Positions 1 through 5,016 of a DNA stretch of 15,642 nucleotides are shown piece by piece. Position numbers and translations under genes: made by a program. This DNA comes from a virus. Where the stretch lies: positions 1 to 15,642 of the IMG/VR virus record IMGVR_UViG_3300029700_000039, one strand, 5' to 3'. Every line of letters starts with the position of its first letter. Positions within the stretch are counted from its first letter, which is position 1. A model generated the notes under the pieces. The model saw only the letters and a list, made by a program, of their open reading frames with translations, made no database searches and was not told the DNA's origin.

Positions 1-84
1 CTGGCCAGCCATGAACCTTTGTTCGGACACCGCCGCGGGAAGACCGTCTTCCTGGTCTTTATGAAATCTACAACCCCCAACTGA
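1..84 (+). CDS. 3' end of an upstream CDS running off the window (hypothetical)
   Basis: Frame 1 is open from base 1 to TGA at 82-84 (...GKTVFLVFMKSTTPN*), which is 12 nt before the next start. No recognisable motif. Confidence 0.3.
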   Translation: MASHEPLFGHRRGKTVFLVFMKSTTPN

Positions 85-96
85 CACTTTTTTGAT

Positions 97-864
97 ATGG
101 CCGGAGACTGGATCAAGGTGGAACACACGACACCGGACAAACCCGAAGTGGTGAAGCTGGCCGGCATCCTTGGAATTGATCAGGATGCCGTTGTCGGCAA
201 GCTGCTTCGCCTCTGGATTTGGGCTGATCAACAATCCGTTTCTGGTAACGCCATTACCGTTACAAATTCGTTTCTCGACCGTCTCGTATTCTGCCCCGGC
301 TTTGCTGCTGGGCTTGTCAAAGTCGGCTGGTTGAATGGACGCGAGGGCCTCCTTTCAATCCCCAATTTTGACCGCCACAACGGCCAATCCGCCAAGAATA
401 GGGCCAATACGAACCGCCGTGTTGCGAATAGCAGAAAAGCTCATCATGAGCGAGTTGCAAAAACATGTAACGAAAATGTAACGCTCGAACCGTTACAAAA
501 ACCGTTACCAGAGAAGAGAAGAGAAGATAATACTACTACTACAACTACAACCGGGCGCGAGGTTTGCCAATTTCCGAAGGACGTTTCCGAGGTTGACCGT
601 TTTATGGACGCCCAGGTTCTGCACCCGCTTGGAGACGAGCTGACCCGGTGCGCGGAACGGTTTTTCAACGAACAGTCCGCCGTTGGATGGCGAAACCGGC
701 ACGGCGTCCCCCTGGCGGACTGGCGGCCCATGGCTCGCCAATACGCTGCCACCTGGGCCCGGAACAATGCGGACGCGCCCGGTCTGAAACCCGCCAATAC
801 CGTGGGAACCAAGCCAAAATCAACGACTAAACCATCAAGAAGAGATGACCTCTGGAAAGATTGA
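97..864 (+). CDS. Phage replication initiator / replisome-organiser-like protein (lambda O-like architecture)
   Basis: 255-aa ORF with an ATG start. The N-terminal ~110 aa (WIKVEH...LRLWIWADQQ...VKVGWL...IPNFDRHNGQSAKNRA) resembles phage replisome-organiser/DnaD-like N domains. A low-complexity linker (EKRREDNTTTTTTTG) separates a Trp/Arg-rich C domain. A DnaC-like loader lies directly downstream and overlaps it. Family assignment is from memory, not searched. Confidence 0.6.
   Translation: MAGDWIKVEHTTPDKPEVVKLAGILGIDQDAVVGKLLRLWIWADQQSVSGNAITVTNSFLDRLVFCPGFAAGLVKVGWLNGREGLLSIPNFDRHNGQSAKNRANTNRRVANSRKAHHERVAKTCNENVTLEPLQKPLPEKRREDNTTTTTTTGREVCQFPKDVSEVDRFMDAQVLHPLGDELTRCAERFFNEQSAVGWRNRHGVPLADWRPMARQYAATWARNNADAPGLKPANTVGTKPKSTTKPSRRDDLWKD
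245..263. repeat. Inverted hexamer pair GTAACG-N7-CGTTAC inside the initiator gene
   Basis: GTAACG at 245-250 and CGTTAC at 258-263. The 7-nt spacing is the same as in the central pair at 478-496. Confidence 0.6.
465..552. repeat. Iteron-like cluster plus polypurine/TAC low-complexity tract (candidate ori)
   Basis: ATGTAACG at 465-472 and 476-483 (11-bp phasing). AACCGTTAC at 489-496 and 501-508 (12-bp phasing, opposite orientation). Then (GAGAA)x3-GATAA at 511-530 and a TAC/AAC repeat at 531-552. All of it lies in the codons for the inter-domain linker. Confidence 0.5.
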
Positions 865-1585
865 CGAACCCATTAAACCCCAGGGAGGACTGAAAGGAGT
901 TAATCTTGAAAGCCTCTTGGAATCCATCACCCTGCTTGCCGAGGACGACGGAAGAAGCATTGAAGAGCTGGAAGCGGAAGCGCTGGCTGCTGAAAAGCAG
1001 CGGGAAGAAGAACGCCGGGCGGCATACGAACGCCTGGGCCTGATTGATCGCGGCTTTCCCCGACGCGCTATTGATTGTCTCGACGAAGTAACTGGGGATC
1101 CATGGAAGAAAGCCCTCCGTGACTCCTACCGCCTCGTTTTAACCCCTGGGAGCATCATTGTGCTGAACGGTCGATACGGCACCGGGAAAACGGTATTGAG
1201 CACGTTTCTTGGACGCATCATGTACAGGCGAAAGAAGCGCGTACTCTATACCAAGGCCTATGATTACACGATGGCCTTGAGAGAGACGTTTAACGGCAAC
1301 GGCTTAGAATCCGATGTCATGAAGCGATACAAGGCGCCGTATCTTCTGGTGCTGGACGAGTATCACGAGGTCAAGGACACGGACTTTGCAGGCGCTGCGC
1401 TGGAACGGCTCATTGACTACCGGCACCAGAACGGCAAACCGACCATCATCATCGCCAACTACAGCCCCGCCGCCCTTGAAGATCGACTCGGGCCGGCCAT
1501 TGTTTCCCGCATCCACCTTTGCGGCACCATCATTACCTGCAATTGGACATCCTACCGCGAAATCAACTACCATCCCCGGGAATAG
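845..1585 (+). CDS. DnaC/IstB-like AAA+ helicase loader
   Basis: 246-aa ORF. Walker A is GRYGTGKT, Walker B is YLLVLDEY. The C-terminal IIIANY...VSRI region is typical of DnaC/IstB ATPases. It overlaps the initiator gene by 20 nt. Confidence 0.85.
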   Translation: MTSGKIDEPIKPQGGLKGVNLESLLESITLLAEDDGRSIEELEAEALAAEKQREEERRAAYERLGLIDRGFPRRAIDCLDEVTGDPWKKALRDSYRLVLTPGSIIVLNGRYGTGKTVLSTFLGRIMYRRKKRVLYTKAYDYTMALRETFNGNGLESDVMKRYKAPYLLVLDEYHEVKDTDFAGAALERLIDYRHQNGKPTIIIANYSPAALEDRLGPAIVSRIHLCGTIITCNWTSYREINYHPRE

Positions 1586-1619
1586 CCCTGGAATCTCGTA
1601 TACCCTGGAATCTCGTATA
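1586..1619. repeat. Perfect tandem duplication of 17 bp (CCCTGGAATCTCGTATA x2)
   Basis: Copies at 1586-1602 and 1603-1619 are identical. A degenerate third copy (CCCCGGGAATAG) lies just upstream over the stop codon. The repeat fills nearly the whole 37-nt gap between the convergent genes. Confidence 0.95.
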
Positions 1620-1622
1620 GGT

Positions 1623-1823
1623 CTATTCGTCCGGCAATCCGTGACGGGTGATTAGCTCCATCAACAGCTCCATGGAAGGACTCGTTTTTCTGGACCCGCC
1701 CAACCATTGCCACACCGCCATTTCCGTCACACGCAACATTTGCGCAGCCTTTTTGACCGCAGAAGTTTTGGATCGCAAATGGTATCTGGACTGCACCCAA
1801 TCAACAAATTCTTGAATAGTCAT
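1623..1823 (-). CDS. Small helix-turn-helix DNA-binding protein (Cro/YdaS/Aca-like)
   Basis: 66 aa. The segment KKAAQMLRVTEMAVWQWLGG fits an HTH (helix, turn, recognition helix with W). Its start ATG overlaps the stop of the upstream gene (ATGA at 1820-1823). Confidence 0.7.
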   Translation of the reverse strand: MTIQEFVDWVQSRYHLRSKTSAVKKAAQMLRVTEMAVWQWLGGSRKTSPSMELLMELITRHGLPDE

Positions 1824-2185
1824 AGCTGTGCCAGGGCGGCATGCACCGCCCTGGAATCATGGTTAGAGGGCTTCAACGCGGCGGAGTCCTGGAACCAGTT
1901 AAGGTTTTCCGGGTCTATCTCTTCACCTTTCACCTGCGTGAAAGTCATGAAGATTTCCACGGGGTTTCCGTTTTCGTCGTATCCGGGCGCGGAGTATTCC
2001 TCGGTGTATTCGTCCCCGTCTTCCGCGTCGTTGTAGCATCCGGCAAAAAGACGATTGGTTAATTCCATTTGGCGAGCAGCATAGTAGGTGTGTCCTTCAA
2101 AATCATAGCTACCGAATTCGCGTTCAAGCGCGCTCAGATTGATTTCTTCGCCGTCTTCCGTGGTGATGATTTTGTTGTCGTTCAT
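1820..2185 (-). CDS. Strongly acidic small protein of unknown function (121 aa from ATG 2185)
   Basis: The ORF track gives 1820-2269, but that start sits inside the palindrome/promoter. The internal ATG at 2185 (MNDNKIITTEDGEE...) is preferred. Hand count gives 26 Asp+Glu against 7 Lys+Arg. No recognisable catalytic motif. Confidence 0.65.
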   Translation of the reverse strand: MNDNKIITTEDGEEINLSALEREFGSYDFEGHTYYAARQMELTNRLFAGCYNDAEDGDEYTEEYSAPGYDENGNPVEIFMTFTQVKGEEIDPENLNWFQDSAALKPSNHDSRAVHAALAQL

Positions 2186-2255
2186 TGTCTTGTTCTTTCT
2201 GATTTGGTTTTGGATTGTGTCTTCGTTCGGTCCCTTACCTCCCGTCAACAAGGTC

Positions 2256-2284
2256 AATATACTAAACAATGTTTAGTATAGCAA
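2256..2284 (-). promoter_or_regulatory. Sigma70-like promoter with embedded 23-bp perfect palindrome (operator)
   Basis: On the minus strand: TTGCTA (2284-2279), 17 nt, then TATATT (2261-2256). The palindrome TATACTAAACA-A-TGTTTAGTATA occupies 2258-2280, covering the whole spacer and overlapping both promoter hexamers. Confidence 0.55.
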
Positions 2285-2469
2285 GAGAAAAAATGAAAAA
2301 AGAAGATTTTTTTCGTTGTCGTCCTCCATCAAAAAATGATAGGAGGAGGCGTTCTTTCTGAACGTTCAGCCCTTCGGGGCTGTGGATTAAAACGATCGCA
2401 AGATCATCCGGGCGGCAACGCCCATTTCCCTTAAAAAGGGGCGGTTTTTTTCGAAGCCGCCCCTTTTTT
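2270..2469 (+). ncRNA. Candidate structured small RNA (unknown class)
   Basis: Plus-strand hairpins: 2322-2347; 2367-2382 (CAGCCC-UUCG-GGGCUG); 2394-2405 (GAUC-GCAA-GAUC); 2410-2423 (GGGCG-GCAA-CGCCC). A terminator stem at 2438-2444/2457-2463 is followed by U6. A possible promoter is TTACCT (2235-2240), 17 nt, TATACT (2258-2263). The 5' end is a guess. Confidence 0.3.
2433..2469. terminator. Bidirectional rho-independent terminator
   Basis: AAAAA, then GGGGCGG (2438-2444), a 12-nt loop, CCGCCCC (2457-2463), then TTTTTT (2464-2469). It sits directly after the stop of the minus-strand zinc-ribbon gene (TAA 2470-2468), and a U-tract is available on both strands. Confidence 0.75.
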
Positions 2470-2983
2470 ATTCCGGGACGGATGGAGCCTCCAGGATCCG
2501 CCATCCGGCCCCCGTGCCTCTTCCCGATTTGCGGAAACGGGAGGCGGCGCAGGTCAAGAGTTTATAAATCTTTTTGCCTTCGGTTTCGCCAAAACGGGTG
2601 ACCATGTACAGCTTGAGATTGCGCGCCGTTACCTCTTCTCCTTCCGGCGACTCCACGCGCCATACTTTGGCGTGGCAATTCGTCTCAAATTTCCCGGTCC
2701 TCGGATGCTTGCGAGGTCCCCAAACGCCACGATGACGGCAGGCCTCCAAAAACGCTGCGGACGTGATTTTTCTCCCTCGCTGGGCGCGGTTGGCGCACTC
2801 CGCAGAGCAGTATTGACGGCGCCACAGTTTTTGGGCCCGGAATACGTTCCCGCACACAGGGCATGTGAGCGTTTCCCAGGCCTCCGCATAGTGAGCCTGG
2901 AGGCAGGCCCGGGAACAGTACACGCTGTCGCGCTTGCCCGCGCGGGGAGGAACATCCTTGCCGCAGATAGGACATCGTTTCAT
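2468..2983 (-). CDS. Double zinc-ribbon protein with a homing-endonuclease-like C-terminal DNA-binding module and no evident nuclease motif
   Basis: ATG at 2983 gives MKRCPICG.... The track's 2992 start is a GTG three codons upstream. Two CPxCG...YCSxxC modules are present. The C-terminal VWRVESPEGEEVTARNLKLYM...GWRI resembles the W-x-SP-x-G...NL...GW module of free-standing phage endonuclease-like proteins (from memory). Confidence 0.65.
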   Translation of the reverse strand: MKRCPICGKDVPPRAGKRDSVYCSRACLQAHYAEAWETLTCPVCGNVFRAQKLWRRQYCSAECANRAQRGRKITSAAFLEACRHRGVWGPRKHPRTGKFETNCHAKVWRVESPEGEEVTARNLKLYMVTRFGETEGKKIYKLLTCAASRFRKSGRGTGAGWRILEAPSVPE

Positions 2984-3035
2984 ACGCCCCACAGTTTGAA
3001 AAATGAGCGTTGCGAATCAAGAACAAACAACGCGC

Positions 3036-3065
3036 TTGAATTGGATATCCGTTGCCTCCTATAAT
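3036..3065 (+). promoter_or_regulatory. Near-consensus sigma70-type promoter upstream of the packaging/late operon
   Basis: TTGAAT (3036-3041), 18 nt, TATAAT (3060-3065). The 8-bp palindrome GGATATCC (3043-3050) lies in the spacer. Confidence 0.5.
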
Positions 3066-3133
3066 AGAGCCGCAGGAAAAATAAACCTATTACCAAAAGA
3101 AAACCGGGGCGGCCGAGCCTCTACACCGAAGAA

Positions 3134-3583
3134 TTGGCCGCCGAAATAGCCTCCCGCCTTGCCAACGGAGAAACCATGAAATCCATCTGCTCCGATGACC
3201 ACATGCCGGATGTTTTAACTGTCTGGAGATGGAGACACGAGCGGGAAGATTTTTGTAAACTCATTCAACGCGCGCGGGAAGCGCAGTCGGAAGCTATGAT
3301 TGACGCCTGTCAGGAGCTGGCCGACGAAGCCGCGAAAGTCGCCCTTGACCCGGAATGCGGCTCCGCCTCCGTCGCCGCGAAGAAGCTCGCCATTGAAACC
3401 CGGCTGAAAGTCGCCGCCCGCTTCGCGCCGGAGAAATTCGGAGACCGGGTCCGCCAGGATGTCGCCGGCGTTCCCGGCGCGCCGCTGGAACGGAAAATCA
3501 CGCTGGACCCTGAGCAGCTCGCCCAGCTGCAGGAAGACGAGAAAACCGCGCTGGAAACCATCGCCGGCAAACTCCATCCCTAA
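3134..3583 (+). CDS. terS: Terminase small subunit (HTH type); coding probably extends upstream to about 3089
   Basis: The first canonical start is TTG at 3134. The in-frame upstream translation ITKRKPGRPSLYTEEL continues the typical GRPS-YT-EL-A--I---LA-GE----IC N-terminus of this terS family. After that come W-W and a basic/acidic helical region. Confidence 0.8.
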   Translation: MAAEIASRLANGETMKSICSDDHMPDVLTVWRWRHEREDFCKLIQRAREAQSEAMIDACQELADEAAKVALDPECGSASVAAKKLAIETRLKVAARFAPEKFGDRVRQDVAGVPGAPLERKITLDPEQLAQLQEDEKTALETIAGKLHP

Positions 3584-3616
3584 CCCGTCAGGACACGAAT
3601 CCCCGTCAGCTTCTTC

Positions 3617-4963
3617 TTGCGCCATATCCTCCGCCTTGACCCCTATCCATGGCAGGTGGAGTCCATCAAGGCGTTGTCCCTGGGTAAGCTGACCCTGGGA
3701 GGGAAAAGCGTGGCTCTGGTCGCTCCTAACGGATCCGGCAAGACAAGCAACTGCATCGCTCCCGCCATCCTGTACTTTCTCACCTGTTTTCCGCGGGGAC
3801 AGGTCCCCGTTACGTCCTCATCGTGGATGCAGGTGGAAAAGCAGCTCTTTCCCGCGCTCCGCCGCTACATGGACAATCCTTTCTTTTCCGGCTGGACCTT
3901 CAACAAGACGGAGATCCGCACGCCGGAGGGAGGCTTTGCCGTGGGTTTCTCCACCGACAACGCGGGACGTGCGGAAGGATGGCATCCAAAAATCTCGCCC
4001 GACGTGGATCCTGTCTTTTACGTCCTGGACGAGGCCAAAACCATTCCGGACTCCATCTTCACCGCCGTTTCCCGCTGCACGCTCTTTCACGCGTTCATCA
4101 CCTCGTCGCCGGGCGCCGATTCCGGCACCTTCTACGACTGCTTTCACAAAAATTCATCGCTCTACTACAAAATCCGCGTCAAATACGAGGATTGCCCGCA
4201 CATTGAAATCAACGACCCGGGCAAGGCCGAACGCCTGAAAAAAGAATATGGTGAGCAGTCCTCCTTCTACCGCTCGGCCATCCTTGGTGAATTCACCGAC
4301 CTTGACGGACAATCCGTCATTTCCCGCCGCGCTCTCATGGAGCTGGTCAACAACCCGCCTCCCTTCCTGGACACCGGAGAGACCTGCGGCGGCTTCGACT
4401 TTGCCGCGGGAGGCGATGAAAACGTCTTTGCGGCCGGGCAGGGCAACCGTTTTTTCATCGCCGACCACTGGTCCGACCCGGACACCGTAGGAGCGCGCGG
4501 ACGTTTCCGCCGGAAGGCCGCCGAACTCGGCATCTCTGCCGACCGCATCTTTGCCGACGGCGACGGCCTAGGGCTCCCCATCATTGATGACTTCCGCGCC
4601 GAGGGCTTTCCGGTGCACTCCTACCGCGGCGGGTTTCCGGCGGATGACACACAAGCCTTTGTCAATCTGCGAGCCCAGGCATGGCGGGCTCTCGCCCGCG
4701 CCATCGAAGAAAAAGAACTCATCCTCGACATTGACGAGGATACGATTGAGCAGCTGGTTGCTCCACGACTCCAAACCGACGCAATAGGCCGCGTCCGCAT
4801 TGAAAGCAAAGAAGATATGGCAAAGCGGGGCGTTCGTTCCCCAGACCGGGCCGACGCCCTTGTGATGGCCTGGCACGCGCGCCGGAACAGCGGACTGGCG
4901 CGGACGCTGGGAGCCTGGTACGCCCGTCCCGTGTCATCAAAACGCGCTTACGGGAGATATTAG
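3617..4963 (+). CDS. terL: Terminase large subunit
   Basis: 448 aa with a TTG start. Walker A is APNGSGKT, Walker B is VFYVLDEA. The C-terminal nuclease-domain signature is ...ESKEDMAKRGVRSPDRADALVMAW. Confidence 0.9.
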   Translation: MRHILRLDPYPWQVESIKALSLGKLTLGGKSVALVAPNGSGKTSNCIAPAILYFLTCFPRGQVPVTSSSWMQVEKQLFPALRRYMDNPFFSGWTFNKTEIRTPEGGFAVGFSTDNAGRAEGWHPKISPDVDPVFYVLDEAKTIPDSIFTAVSRCTLFHAFITSSPGADSGTFYDCFHKNSSLYYKIRVKYEDCPHIEINDPGKAERLKKEYGEQSSFYRSAILGEFTDLDGQSVISRRALMELVNNPPPFLDTGETCGGFDFAAGGDENVFAAGQGNRFFIADHWSDPDTVGARGRFRRKAAELGISADRIFADGDGLGLPIIDDFRAEGFPVHSYRGGFPADDTQAFVNLRAQAWRALARAIEEKELILDIDEDTIEQLVAPRLQTDAIGRVRIESKEDMAKRGVRSPDRADALVMAWHARRNSGLARTLGAWYARPVSSKRAYGRY

Positions 4964-4965
4964 GG

Positions 4966-5005
4966 TTGACAACATATCAAGATATCAATATATGACGATA
5001 TGTAA
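4966..5005 (+). promoter_or_regulatory. AT-rich island with a promoter-like hexamer pair and four tandem ATAT-octamers
   Basis: TTGACA (4966-4971), 17 nt, TATATG (4989-4994). The octamers are ATATCAAG, ATATCAAT, ATATGACG and ATATGTAA at 4974-5005. The island lies in the 53-nt gap between terL and the portal gene. Confidence 0.4.
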
Positions 5006-5016
5006 GCAATCGCAGG

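Noticed and set aside
531-552. The TAC/ACT trinucleotide run encoding poly-Thr, considered as a slipped-strand phase-variation switch
   Set aside because: Slippage of a trinucleotide unit preserves the reading frame and the run is short and imperfect. It is better explained as linker or ori-adjacent low complexity.
2262-2504. 80-aa minus-strand ORF across the 2186-2467 gap
   Set aside because: It would start inside the zinc-ribbon gene, read straight through the terminator and all the hairpins, and end in the palindrome. A structured non-coding region explains the sequence better.
3043-3050. GATATC/GGATATCC motif shared by the promoter-like regions at 3036-3065 and 4966-4994 and by the fibre leader (12949-12955), considered as a common late-regulator site
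   Set aside because: I found the hexamer about five times in the window (also at 9940-9945 and 12512-12517, inside genes). That is close to chance expectation for a 15.6-kb window, and the flanks are not conserved.
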